From: Naegleria gruberi
Lineage: Eukaryota
DNA length: 64,000 nucleotides
NCBI GenBank assembly: GCA_000004985.1
Contig: GG738936.1
Direction: 5' to 3' (one strand)
The position numbers and the translations under genes are program-made. Shown here in pieces: positions 1 through 11,347 of the stretch. Every line of letters begins with the position of its first letter. Position 1 is the stretch's first letter. Under the pieces are notes generated by a model. It did no database searches, was not told the DNA's origin, and saw nothing but the letters and a program-made list of their open reading frames with translations.

Positions 1-145
1 ACCTTTCTCATCGAATGTGACACCAACCATTATTTCAGATCCACAAGTGATGAGAGCGATGGCTCCTCCAAGACGATTCATGAAACGAGTTGAAAAGAAA
101 AACAGCAAACCTGTACTAACGAATGGTGAAACGTTGAATCAATAA
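1..145 (+). CDS. 3'-terminal fragment of a BAR/RhoGAP-protein paralog (duplicate of 11203-11347); the gene body would lie upstream of the window
   Basis: nt 1-145 are near-identical to 11203-11347, including the same C-terminal peptide ...KPVLTNGETLNQ and the TAA at 143-145. Confidence 0.4.
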   Translation, partial: PFSSNVTPTIISDPQVMRAMAPPRRFMKRVEKKNSKPVLTNGETLNQ

Positions 146-693
146 AACACTCAACCAACTCTAAACAAGTTTATTCTTATCGCCACCAGTCAACCACCTC
201 AATATTTAATACACTTCAAAACACATCGAGTAAATCCTCGAACTATATTTTCTCAATTAATATGGCAAGTGGTCACCCCAATTCAATATTCTTAGCGTAC
301 TCATTTGAGCCTTTCCCTCTCCAAAACCCTTCGTGATAATTCTCTTGTAAACCATTCGAATAGAGTGCAATACTACAAGATACAACTTCATAGATTCAAA
401 AGCAGTGTTTTATTGTCATCCAAAATTTTCATCACAAAAAAATTTAGCGCAATCAAAATGTAAGTTGACGAGCATGTGTGCATGTGTTGATTTATTGATG
501 ATGATCGCATTATTTATTGTTGTTGTTGTTGAACATGTTATCTATATATTGTTGATGCGGATGGATGTGGTGATACGATGATGATCTTGATTTTGTATGA
601 ACCATGATGATGGAATTTATTTTGTTGATAACATGTATTGTTTAACAATGTTGATTTGATACTAAAATATAGCACAATACATATAGAGAGAAG

Positions 694-1554
694 ATGAGCG
701 AAGAGAAAAAGTTAGAGCACGTAACCTACATTGTTGCTGGTAACAAATTTGAAATTCCATCCAGATATGAAGTGAAGAAAGTCATAGGGCAAGGAGCTTA
801 CGGAGTCGTTGTGTAAGTATACTCTATGATGAAGATTATATTTAACAATTATCGTAATAATAATAATATTTAATTAATTTGATGATATTATATAGTTCTG
901 CTTATGATAGAGAGAGAAAACAAGAAGTTGCCATCAAGAAGATCTTCAACATTTTCGAACATGATAGAGAATATCAAAAGAGAATTTTGAGAGAAGTTAA
1001 AATCCTCCGTCATTTGGGAGAATGTGAAAATGTTGTTCAATTGTATGATTTGGTTCTTCCACCATCTTTTGAGGAATTTAATGACGTTTATATTGTCATG
1101 GAGTTTATGGATTCTAATTTGAGACAAATGATTAAATCTAATCAAGAATTAACAGATCAAAATATTCAATACTTTTTGTACCATTTACTTAGAGGTTTAA
1201 AGACCATTCACTCTGCTAATATTTTGGTATGTAATTGTTCTTTTGTACATAATTGTGCTGAACCTAATGCTCCGATAATTATTTAACTATTATTACTATT
1301 TAATATACTAAACAAAACGTAATATTCAACATTATATAGCACAGAGATATTAAACCATCAAATATTCTTATCAATGGAGATATGGAAATTAAATATTGTG
1401 ACTTTGGTTTGTCACGTGGTATTGAATCAGATACAAATCCTAAAATGTCAACAACTTATGTTGCCACTCGTTGGTACAGAAGTCCAGAATTGTTGCTCAT
1501 GTGGGATCAAGCAGGAAAACCATTGGATATTTGGAGTCTTGGATGTATCTTTGC
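694..1554 (+). CDS. ERK-type MAP kinase, 5'-partial duplicate copy (exons 694-812, 896-1226, 1340-1554), truncated by the N-gap
   Basis: same exon/intron structure and identical encoded peptide as the complete copy at 11896-13249 ([41 protein letters not shown]); the sequence stops at the gap and the post-gap sequence is unrelated. Confidence 0.5.
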
Positions 1555-1604
1555 NNNNNNNNNNNNNNNNNNNNNNNNNNNNNNNNNNNNNNNNNNNNNN
1601 NNNN
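1555..1604. other. assembly gap (50 N)
   Basis: run of N. Confidence 1.
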
Positions 1605-1605
1605 A

Positions 1606-1872
1606 TCACTGCTTTTCTGAAAATTCATTAATTTCCAAGCACAAATCAAGGTGTGAAATGTCGGAATGTGTTTTTAACTTTCTAAATGGCTCAATAATTA
1701 ATTGATGTTGAGTATTGGGAAGGAGGGATTTTGAAAATGCAGATTTTTCATCATTTAATTCTTTCAGCACAGTGATGAAATTATTGTTCAATTCTAACAG
1801 GGATTGATGATCATCTGCTGCCTTGTCAATAAACTTGGACATTTTTTTCAGAGAATTTTGGTGGGAATTCAT
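1606..1872 (-). CDS. unknown ORF fragment with an ATG at 1872 that runs into the gap
   Basis: open frame from ATG 1872 to the gap edge with no stop; it starts 25 nt downstream of the stop of the large minus-strand gene; possibly the first exon of a gene interrupted by the gap. Confidence 0.15.
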   Translation of the reverse strand: MNSHQNSLKKMSKFIDKAADDHQSLLELNNNFITVLKELNDEKSAFSKSLLPNTQHQLIIEPFRKLKTHSDISHLDLCLEINEFSEKQ

Positions 1873-1896
1873 AAAAGTTTGTCTTCTGTGTGTTTA

Positions 1897-4800
1897 TTAG
1901 AAGTCAACTAGGTCTTGGTCAGCTGGGACAACCTGATTGCTCTTGAGTTCAATTAAATTTGTTGTTTGTTGTGGTTTTTCTTTCTTTTCACGAGGGGTTG
2001 TAGATACTGATTCAGTGCTGTTTTCTATTGATGAGTTTGACTGATTTTCACAGAGGACAATGTGATCGTCATGGATTTTTCTTCTCTGCCTTGCTTTGTA
2101 ACAGAAGATTGCTGTTAAGCCAATGAATAATCCAATACAGCACAACCCTACAACAATTGAGAGGAAAATTGCAACTAGGAGGTAGGAAACTGAGCTTGAG
2201 ACTTTGGTTTCTATAATGAAAACATTCGTCAATTTGCTGCATCTACATCTGGCAATTTCTTCTGTAATTGAAACAAGGGTACATTCTTTTCTAATCTCTG
2301 AAGAACCATCTCTGAAATTTCCACATTCGAAAGATCTGGAAACATGAGTTACATCCAATTGATCCACTATAAATTGCTCATAATGGGTCTTGTTGATTGG
2401 AATATTATAATAAATTATATTATTTCCTCCTCCAAAATCAACAGGAACATCACTGAATGATAAAGAAACAATTGGAGAAATTAAATTAGAGCTTTCTCTA
2501 TCAGAGTCTTCATTCAAATGAGAAAGACTCAATCTAGATTGCAATGAATAAATATCTTGCGTAACAGATAGTGCATAGACAAAATACTTTTGTGAAATAT
2601 ATGACATGACATAATTCAAATCAACAAATGGTTCAATTTCAACAGAAGTTAAGGTGCTATTATCGTAAATATTATATGGGAAGTTGAAAAGTGTATGTCT
2701 ATTCAAAACAATAGAATAGAAAGGTCCATTAAAATGTGTCAAAGGACTTCCAACTGCATTAGATCTAGCAATTAATTTAGAGGATTTCATTAAGGCTGAC
2801 AATAGTTTAGCAGAGTTGGAACTTTGATCAACAACGTATTGTCTATCAATAATGTAATCTCTTGCAGATTTAATACAATTCAAAAGTAAGGTTTCAACTC
2901 CATTCGCAACCTTAAGTCCATCTATTCCTAAAGAGTATGTTAAAAATGTATTCAAAGTTGTGAGTGATTCAGAAATTGTGTCAGAGTTCAAATATGGATA
3001 ATTGACAAGGAGAGAATCAATAGCAAAAGCAAGCAATCCTACATAGTCATCATTAATGGTAACAACTGTGTTATTAGCGATAGAGATTATTCCATTCAAA
3101 ATTTGAAGTTTTCTCTTCTGAATGTTGGAGAAATCTCTAATAGAAATATCACAATTTCTTCCAATATAACCATCCTGACATTTACAGACTCCCGAAAGAT
3201 CATACCCATTTTGGCATATAATACTCAAATCACGTGATGATTTTGTAATGTGTTTAAAAGCATCAATAACAAGGACTGAGTCGGTTCTTGATGTTGAGGC
3301 AGATTGGTAAAAGCTCTTTCCAAACTCACCCTCCTGTGAGTAGTAAGTACTTAATTCAGACCAAAGCTTTACAAAATTTTGCACCTGTTCAATCTCTGAA
3401 ACAACTGGTTTTTCAATTTTAACATCCTTATAAACTGTTGTAAAAGCTCCAGTGGTTGTGTCAACCATTTCAAAGAAACAAGTAAGTTTGGAACCTTCGA
3501 AAGGAGCTGGAAGTTTTGATGAATACACTTCTCCTAAATTATAAAGAGGTACCTTCAAACCAGATCTATCATCAATGAAACCATATCTCAAATCTATGTG
3601 GTTTTCTTCGCTCTTGCAGTTGTAGCAAATAAAGTTAAAATCAGTATCCAATGCAGAACCATAGGGTGGTAAAACAGCACATTCACATGGTTTTGGAGAA
3701 ACAGCAATTTGGAAACCGTAGCTTGATTCACTTGATGTACCCTTAGATGCATCATATGTAAATAAGGAAACAAAATGTTCGGATCCTTCCACTAAATTGC
3801 TTGTATCAATATAGACAGTACTTGTTCTCTTATCATCTAAAGTTTGTTCAGATACTTGGGATTTATCCACCTTGATAGCATCCAACGTCCAAACCACTGA
3901 ATTAGAAATTGCAGAAATAGCACTAGAAGAAACTAGAACTTGAACAGTTAATAATTGTCCTCTTACAACCACTGATGACTTTGGCTCAATATTTATAACA
4001 TTAACCAAAGGGGGGATATTGTTAAAGTTGATGATTGTATCCTTTGTCAAGGATTTGCCATTAAACTTTTCTACCTTTAACCTTAAATGAATGGATGATG
4101 GAACGACATCGAAAAGTTGAGTGGTTACATTAAAAATGGTTGATTTAGATTCAGAGACAGATTGGAGAAAGGAGAGTAACTTCTGACTTGAATGATCAAT
4201 ACAAGACCAAGTCCAAACAGAGACAATATCTGAGTTGATTAAAGTTTCAGGGTCTGAATAATCAACTTTGAGAAGAGTGTGATCACCCTTTGCTTCCAAT
4301 TGAAGAACACCAAGTGTGATATTTGGAGTAAGAACATTCAGTCGAACAGTTGTGGATACTGTTAAACTTGGATCAGATGAATAGAAGGCAGACACTTTAA
4401 ATATGTAAGTGCTCTCTTCAAAATATTTCACACCTGGTATTACCAAGTTATTGTACGAATCCTCCTTAAATTCAATTGCTGATCCACTTTCTTTTTTCCA
4501 TTCAACTTCCACTTTGTCAAATTCAGATTGGCAAGATGAGGTTGTTATTGATTTCCTTATAGTTAGAGGAAACTGATAAGTAAATCTCTCAATTATTGTT
4601 TCATCCTTAAAAATGGAAAGAGATGGAAGAGGTTTAGTTGCTTTTGTAAAAGTTTTCGAATAAACAGGTGTACTAAACTTGTTGAGATAAACACTGTAGA
4701 CCTGAAGTTTGATTTTGTAACTTCCTGGAGCAAGCTCTGCCGAAACCATAAAATTTGGTTGAGCAGTCATCACAGCAAATACATCAGTCATTGAGGAGGC

Positions 4801-7800
4801 GTTAACAACAGACCAATAATACTTCAAAGGTTTTCTATCGACAGAATAGCTCAAAGATCCATCAACTGGTATAGCATCACAAGAGCTGAAGGTATCCAAA
4901 GGCGGTATTTTCAAAGCTGCCACGGGTGCAATTGTGGTCATGTTCTGAGGATAAGCAACTGTGAAAGAATTCCATGCAAAAGCTGGCACATTATCGAAAA
5001 CCAACATATTCAATTTAATGGTGGAACCTGGATAAACTGTAAAGTCAAATGAACCAAATGTTATCATAAACAAGCCACTTGTCTTGTCAACATAACTACA
5101 TGAGATATCCCGTTCCAACCCATAAAGATTATTCGCCACATCAACACTAAATAGTAACTTTGAGCATGATATTTTCACATCTGTTTTGTTTGGAGGAGAG
5201 TACATATAGAACTGCAATCCCTTAAAATCTGCAGTTATTCTCACCGTCGAACCAAAATAGGTGAGGCACTGGTCTCCATAATATCCAGGCTTGCATTGAT
5301 TACACCAATACCCAGTCCAATAACCAGCTGTGCTTGTTGAATAGCAGGAACATTTACTATTCTTACAGACACCATGACCAGAGCAATTAAGAGATGATGT
5401 ACAATTTGAGTTTACAACAATGACTGTAGTGTTAGTTGGTGAGGTGGTGTTTGTTGAGTTCGAATTGGAGGTAACATTCCAATTTGTAGTGTTAGAAACT
5501 ACAGTAGAGTTATCAATATAGGATGTGTTTCTAATAGTGCAATCCGTTCCAATTTTGCATGAACAAGTAGAGTCATAAAAACCTGTAAAGCAAGTACAGT
5601 TATTGAAACTATAACAAGTTCCATTTCCAGAACATACTGAAGATGAATTCATTGGTACAGAATAGCAAGTTGTAAACTCGCATTGGGATCCATAGTAACC
5701 ATTTGAGCAATTACAGATATTTGGTCCAATACAGGAACCTCTTGAACTACAGACGGTGTTATTCGATTGAGAAATTCCTCCACATGTGATTAGGGAGCAA
5801 TCACTTCCGATATAGCCCTGTTTACAAGCACACTTATTNNNNNNNNNNNNNNNNNNNNNNNNNNNNNNNNNNNNNNNNNNNNNNNNNNNNNNNNNNNNNN
5901 NNNAAGCTTGAGGAAATAGAGTTGTTTTCTGTACAGCTTGCTGAGATGCAAAGAGGAACATTGTTCCTGTGATTTTAGATCCTGAAACAATGTCACCATA
6001 GGGGGCCATGAGGGTTCCTTTAAAATCACCACTTATTAAAAATTGAGTAGCAATCCAAAACACTGAACTAGGAGAAGCATTACTTATCATGGTCACTTCA
6101 AAATTGTTATAATTCAAATACCCAGTCTTGAATACGACTCTCTCTGGGCCATTGATAACAACCTTACTTGGCCCTATCCAACCATTTGGAAAACAATACA
6201 CACCTCCTTGATTAATGTACAAGTTTGGAACATTTAATCCAAAGGTGTAATTGCATGGTAGTGCCGATAGCTTTTGAACCAGAGAAAGGGCTGTAGACAC
6301 AGCTTGATTTGCTTCCCAATCATTTTTGTGTAATTTGGCAGCTCCTTCCATACGATAGTAATTTGTTGGTAGAATTTCTCCCCAAATCGAAGGATGATAG
6401 TATGACGTTGGTTCAATCTTCGATCCAACGATAGCTATACTTCCACTAAGATCAATATATTTCAAGCTTTTCAAATATATTGAAGATCCACTTAATATGA
6501 TTGAATATCCAGCCAGAGGAGAAATAACTGGTCTTGTTTCAATCTCATTACAGTAAGTTCCTTTGTATCCAATCTTACAAATGCAAGTATTTGAATATTT
6601 ACAAAGTCCATTTGAGTTGCAACTTGCATTGTTTGAGTTTAGAATACCATTACATGTTGTGATAGAGCAATCCGATCCAGAGAATCCACTATCGCACGAA
6701 CAAATATTGGAGCTGCATGTACCATGACCAGAGCATACAGAACTATCTGTAGATAATACTCCATTACACATGCCCACAGAACAATCAAATCCGTAACCAT
6801 TTGGACACGAACAAGAATCGTATCCAACACAGTTTCCTATCCCTGCACAAACACTAGAGTTTCTTGATTCAATTCCATAGCAATATGTAAAGCTGCATTG
6901 AGGTTCAATAGAAAACCCTTTGTACGGATCAAAGTTATCTAATGGTGTGAACGACACATTTTTTAAAATTGGATTTACAGTTGTTGAAATGGAAAATATT
7001 GTTCCTGTAATAACAGCATTGGAAGCTGTTATTGATCTTGCTATTAAATTTCCTTTAAAATTTCCACTTATCTTGGCTGTTTTATCCACAATCCAATAGA
7101 GATTATAAGGTGATGCACATTCTGTAAATACTACTTCCACATTTTCACTCACAAAATTATCTCCAAAAATAGCAAAAATTACTCTATCTACTGTTGAAAT
7201 AACAACCTTGCTAGGTCCTTTCCAACCAGCTGTTAGCTTGTATGTTCCTCCACTTTTTACCTCCAGATAAGGTATGGAACCATCATTCAAAATAAAGTCA
7301 TAGATTGGTGTAAACCTTGATGGGTCAAATAATACCATAGCTTGTGTAACAAGGTTACTGGCAAAACTATCCTGTTCATGTATGACCAGTCCATCATTGA
7401 CATAAATACCAAATGGACTGTCTTGCCTTAATAGAGATGATGTTGTAGCAATATTTCCTGTTGTGTTAATATCCCTCTCGGTAACATAAATCCCAGCTCT
7501 AGACACTATTGAGTATCCCGCAAATAAATTCTCTATTGAGGCAGTTTCATTACAATATTGATTTACATATCCAACAAAACATGTGCACTTTTCATTCTCC
7601 GTACACATGCCTTTTGAAGAACAAACACTTGATGAATTACTATAAACTCCATCACATATTATTTCCTGAGCGAATACTCCTCCTCTAACTATTCGATATT
7701 CTTGTTCCTTACTATTATTCTGTTGTAAAATCCATATTGATGATGGCGCTGATGATTGCAGAATAATACAGCCAACTATCACATAGATCATAAAAATCCG

Positions 7801-7815
7801 TAAATCTCGCATCAT
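1897..7815 (-). CDS. very large (about 1970 aa) type-I membrane glycoprotein with tenascin/EGF-like Cys repeats, two internal homologous beta-rich modules, a C-terminal TM helix and a short basic tail
   Basis: ATG 7815 followed by a signal-peptide-like hydrophobic stretch; repeated CxxxGxCxxxxCxCxxGxxGxxC EGF/tenascin-type motifs in two blocks; the GWxGPSKVVI...ISGxFKG module occurs twice; C-terminal LLVAIFLSIVVGLCCIGLFIGLTAIFCY TM then KARQRRK; many NxS/T sites; single continuous frame across the 65-N gap. Confidence 0.75.
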   Translation of the reverse strand: MMRDLRIFMIYVIVGCIILQSSAPSSIWILQQNNSKEQEYRIVRGGVFAQEIICDGVYSNSSSVCSSKGMCTENEKCTCFVGYVNQYCNETASIENLFAGYSIVSRAGIYVTERDINTTGNIATTSSLLRQDSPFGIYVNDGLVIHEQDSFASNLVTQAMVLFDPSRFTPIYDFILNDGSIPYLEVKSGGTYKLTAGWKGPSKVVISTVDRVIFAIFGDNFVSENVEVVFTECASPYNLYWIVDKTAKISGNFKGNLIARSITASNAVITGTIFSISTTVNPILKNVSFTPLDNFDPYKGFSIEPQCSFTYCYGIESRNSSVCAGIGNCVGYDSCSCPNGYGFDCSVGMCNGVLSTDSSVCSGHGTCSSNICSCDSGFSGSDCSITTCNGILNSNNASCNSNGLCKYSNTCICKIGYKGTYCNEIETRPVISPLAGYSIILSGSSIYLKSLKYIDLSGSIAIVGSKIEPTSYYHPSIWGEILPTNYYRMEGAAKLHKNDWEANQAVSTALSLVQKLSALPCNYTFGLNVPNLYINQGGVYCFPNGWIGPSKVVINGPERVVFKTGYLNYNNFEVTMISNASPSSVFWIATQFLISGDFKGTLMAPYGDIVSGSKITGTMFLFASQQAVQKTTLFPQAXXXXXXXXXXXXXXXXXXXXXXNKCACKQGYIGSDCSLITCGGISQSNNTVCSSRGSCIGPNICNCSNGYYGSQCEFTTCYSVPMNSSSVCSGNGTCYSFNNCTCFTGFYDSTCSCKIGTDCTIRNTSYIDNSTVVSNTTNWNVTSNSNSTNTTSPTNTTVIVVNSNCTSSLNCSGHGVCKNSKCSCYSTSTAGYWTGYWCNQCKPGYYGDQCLTYFGSTVRITADFKGLQFYMYSPPNKTDVKISCSKLLFSVDVANNLYGLERDISCSYVDKTSGLFMITFGSFDFTVYPGSTIKLNMLVFDNVPAFAWNSFTVAYPQNMTTIAPVAALKIPPLDTFSSCDAIPVDGSLSYSVDRKPLKYYWSVVNASSMTDVFAVMTAQPNFMVSAELAPGSYKIKLQVYSVYLNKFSTPVYSKTFTKATKPLPSLSIFKDETIIERFTYQFPLTIRKSITTSSCQSEFDKVEVEWKKESGSAIEFKEDSYNNLVIPGVKYFEESTYIFKVSAFYSSDPSLTVSTTVRLNVLTPNITLGVLQLEAKGDHTLLKVDYSDPETLINSDIVSVWTWSCIDHSSQKLLSFLQSVSESKSTIFNVTTQLFDVVPSSIHLRLKVEKFNGKSLTKDTIINFNNIPPLVNVINIEPKSSVVVRGQLLTVQVLVSSSAISAISNSVVWTLDAIKVDKSQVSEQTLDDKRTSTVYIDTSNLVEGSEHFVSLFTYDASKGTSSESSYGFQIAVSPKPCECAVLPPYGSALDTDFNFICYNCKSEENHIDLRYGFIDDRSGLKVPLYNLGEVYSSKLPAPFEGSKLTCFFEMVDTTTGAFTTVYKDVKIEKPVVSEIEQVQNFVKLWSELSTYYSQEGEFGKSFYQSASTSRTDSVLVIDAFKHITKSSRDLSIICQNGYDLSGVCKCQDGYIGRNCDISIRDFSNIQKRKLQILNGIISIANNTVVTINDDYVGLLAFAIDSLLVNYPYLNSDTISESLTTLNTFLTYSLGIDGLKVANGVETLLLNCIKSARDYIIDRQYVVDQSSNSAKLLSALMKSSKLIARSNAVGSPLTHFNGPFYSIVLNRHTLFNFPYNIYDNSTLTSVEIEPFVDLNYVMSYISQKYFVYALSVTQDIYSLQSRLSLSHLNEDSDRESSNLISPIVSLSFSDVPVDFGGGNNIIYYNIPINKTHYEQFIVDQLDVTHVSRSFECGNFRDGSSEIRKECTLVSITEEIARCRCSKLTNVFIIETKVSSSVSYLLVAIFLSIVVGLCCIGLFIGLTAIFCYKARQRRKIHDDHIVLCENQSNSSIENSTESVSTTPREKKEKPQQTTNLIELKSNQVVPADQDLVDF
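5839..5903. other. assembly gap (65 N) inside the large CDS
   Basis: run of N; reading frame happens to be maintained across it. Confidence 1.
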
Positions 7816-8942
7816 TTTTGAGGTTCAGCTGTAAAGGTGTATTGATTCACTTTTTTAAGGTTATTTTATCACCACAAGGTATCACCACTACACGCTGTTG
7901 GTAATTGAGTTGTGGAAAGTTCTCTCTTACTGCACAGAACAATATATTTCTAACGGCAATCGCTCGAGCGTTGTTATTCAGGCACAAATATTAATAAGGT
8001 ACTATTCAAATTAACAAGGTAAAATACAATCTAATTAAGGTCTTGAAAATTTGTTTTGGTTTGTTAACCAATTATCGAAGGGCTCAAAGAGTTTCCTCCT
8101 CAACATGATGATAAGAAAATGTCCTTAATAATACTATTACTTTGTTAGTGGAGAGCTTCTGCTTGATTTTACCAGGTTTGATTTCAAATTTCTGCAAGTG
8201 CTGTAAATTCATATTGTTGTGTTTTCAGTATTAATACAATGAGTATAATGGATAATAGAAAGCCCTTTAAAATGCATTACAATAGAAAGCAAGTGAAATT
8301 TAGGATGAGCCATTCAAGAGTGATATTGATTTTGAAAGATTTCCACAACATTAATGTTTCGTATTAGTATTAATTACCCTTCTTATCATCCGAGTGAGCA
8401 CATACGGTCTGCAAAAGTCTCACAACAATAGTCCACTTTAATAGTACTTTCAACAAAATGAACTAACAACATTGCAGGAGTACATTGCCAGGGTGCAATC
8501 ACACAATATTCGAAACTGATCCCAAAAAGTTATTAAATAATTTGCACTGTTATGTTCTCACAATAATTACTGTCCATTATCCATTCCTTGATTACAATAA
8601 GCAGCAGATCTGCTGTTAGATGGTTGCACATTGACAAATTTAATAAACATTAAAGGATGCGAAAGCTTCGATTGGTTGGTTGATCCTTCATGTTTCCTTC
8701 TAATTAAGCACCTGGTTAGGGTGTGAAAATGATAATTTTAATGACGGAAAACATTTTGTTGCTTGTCATCACATAATTTTCAATTCTTTCTGCCAGACGT
8801 CACAAATCAAGATCGTCAAAACAAGCAAAAAAAAACAACCTGAGTCACCCTCTTTACAGTTCCCTTCCAATCGTGTGTTGTAGATATTCACAACAAACAT
8901 CCCAAACAAATTGTGTTCGAAACATTTCCAATAACTTTCATC

Positions 8943-11347
8943 ATGAGCAGCAATAACCTACAAGCCTTCTCAAAAATCAAAAATCTCTTCCAACGAACAC
9001 AAAGTTCTGCTGCCAACAATAATAATAACGGCGATGCAAACAATTCACTCCCTTCAACCTCAACTAACAATTCGAATAATTCCTATTCTAATCTATCCTC
9101 ATCTCATGCAGCAACAACATCAAACAACACAGCAGGTTCTTCCTCATCATCATTATCATCGAGTCAGGGAACACTACTTTCCAATTCAAATCCTAATTTA
9201 TTAGCAAATACATCAATTAAACCTCCGTTAGAAATTGAACATGAATTTTTCTCAACACTTGAGGAACACCAAGATACGATGGAATTTTATAAGAAAGCGG
9301 AGAAGAAACTGTTGGATTTGAAAAAGAGTTCAAAGAAAATGATAGAAAAAGAACATGATATTGCTACATTGTTTAATGATTTTGCTCCCAAGTTTAAAAA
9401 GAATAAGGAAATGAGTGAAACTTTACGAAAGTTTGGTGGTAATTTGAAATCAACTTCAACACTCTTGTCACAAGCAGTAAGTTTTTTAGTTTTATTTTGT
9501 ATGGGTTTTAATAATGAAACTATATTGTTTTGAAAATACTTCAACAGATGATGAAACTGGACGAATTCAAAGATAAAACACTAGAAATGAGAGATGAAGG
9601 AAAAACCATATCCAAATTTAGGAGCAAGTATGATTCTGCAAGAAGTGATTATGAATCATTCAAGTTGGAAACACCTCGTGTGAATCCAGATAAAGATGGT
9701 TTTACAAACAAGCCAAATGAGCACGGAGAATATGATCCGCAATATATTGAAAGAACAAAGAAAGTTGAGGAAGATTTCAAACTAATTGCTAAAAATCTTA
9801 ACAATGCCTACTCTGATTATCATAATGAGTTGGATTTCCAACTATTGAAAAGAGATACCGAATATTTCTCAGACCTTAAATCATTTATTTATGCATACTA
9901 TTGCTATTTTAGTACTGGTATGGCTCTTTTCCAACAATTGGATAATGTAGTAAAGAAGGCAGAAGAAGCACAAATGCAAGAAGGTCATTTGTCAAAATCT
10001 AATGGAGTTCGTAATATTGCAGTGATACCAAAGCATATTTTCCCACATATAACTGCAGATAGAAATACTGTCTTTGGTGCACCATTGGAACAAGTAATGA
10101 TTCAGGATTATGATTCTGGTATTTTACGTTTGCCTCCCTCTATCAAGCAATTGTTTGATTTGATTAGAGCATTCGGATTGGATCAAGAAGGTGTTTTCAG
10201 AGTAAACTCTGATGAACAATACATGAAAAAGCTCATTATTGATATTGAAATGGGAAAGGAAATCCAATATGTGAATAAGTCATACTTTGTTCCAAGTATT
10301 GCTGGTGTGTTGAAACTTTTTGTGAGAGAATTGCAAGAACCACTCATGACTTTTGATGCATTCCAAGAAATTATTCTCAATCCAGACATGCAAACTCTGC
10401 CATCTGAATCTTCTGTAAAAGAAGGTCAAGTTTCAAAACTCAAAGAATTTATCAACACTAAGGTACCAATCCATTATCAAGTTGTCCTGTATGAATTGTG
10501 TAAACTTTTGAATGAAGTTGCACAACATGAGGACAAGAACAAGATGCACGCCAATAATTTATCTCTCATCTTTAGTATGAACCTTTTCAGACCTAGATTG
10601 GAAAATGCAGTCCAATTAGCTCAAAATGTCAAACATATGAGTTATGTCACATGTTTACTCATTGAAAATTTTGATACCCTCTTTGAAGCATCTCTAAAGA
10701 CAGTCTGTGATACACAAAACGAAGATCCATATGAACAAATTAGAAAGAGTATTGCTGAACAAAGGGAAGAAATACTTGATGAACCTGAATCTAATCCAAA
10801 CACTGCAAGAAGTATTGAAATCAAGATTGTAAACTTTGAACAAGAAAAGAAAGAGGAAGATTCTGAGGAGTCAGATTCAGATGATGAATCCGATATTGAA
10901 TCATCAGAAGATGTTGATACCAATAGTTCAATTTCATCACCAATGTTGACTTTCTCTGATTTACCAACCCTCAATTCTAGTGAAATCATTCAACCAAAAC
11001 GCCATTTAGATAGAAATGTCAAATATGATCACAAACATGTCACTTCCAACCATAATGTGAGTTTAATTCTCGCTCCATCCAAAGATCAATCCAAAGACCA
11101 AACTAAACTTCCAACATTCTCTCCAAGAATTGTAAAAATTAGAGCAAGAAACAATTTAGAAAATACAGATTCAATGCCAACAGAAATCGTGGAAATAAGT
11201 GAACCTTTCTCATCGAATGTGACACCAACCATTATTTCAGATCCACAAGTGATGAGAGCGATGGCTCCTCCAAGACGATTCATGAAACGAGTTGAAAAGA
11301 AAAACAGCAAACCTGTACTAACGAATGGTGAAACGTTGAATCAATAA
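8943..11347 (+). CDS. BAR-like N-terminal domain + RhoGAP domain protein with acidic/Ser-rich C-terminus; exons 8943-9476, 9548-11347
   Basis: RhoGAP signatures GVFRVNSDEQYMKKL, IAGVLKLFVRELQEPLMTF and NKMHANNLSLIFSMNLF; N-terminal coiled-coil BAR-like region; intron GTAAGT(9477)...CAACAG(9547) joins two track ORFs in frame; first ATG at 8943 (the track ORF starts at an upstream GTG). Confidence 0.8.

Larger units (their letters stand above)
1..1554 (+). repeat. segmental duplication, copy 1 (matches 11203-12775)
   Basis: direct read-through identity, with small indels only in intron/intergenic parts (e.g. around 365-380, 625-640, 690); coding parts identical at protein level. Confidence 0.8.

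Noticed and set aside
888-1145. Antisense ORFs over MAPK exons (888-1145, 12086-12343, 12668-12967, 13035-13220)
   Set aside because: Opposite-strand or alternate-frame ORFs inside well-supported kinase exons.
5790-6830. Three small minus-strand ORFs (5790-6032, 6234-6428, 6639-6830)
   Set aside because: Alternative frames inside the 1897-7815 CDS.
8913-8942. N-terminal extensions in the ORF track (examples: 8913, 13378, 28152, 28873, 38764, 40650, 40705, 44153, 45053, 51153, 51731)
   Set aside because: The track initiates at TTG/GTG. In this eukaryotic context I re-anchored each gene to the first in-frame ATG, so the extensions are not reported as coding.
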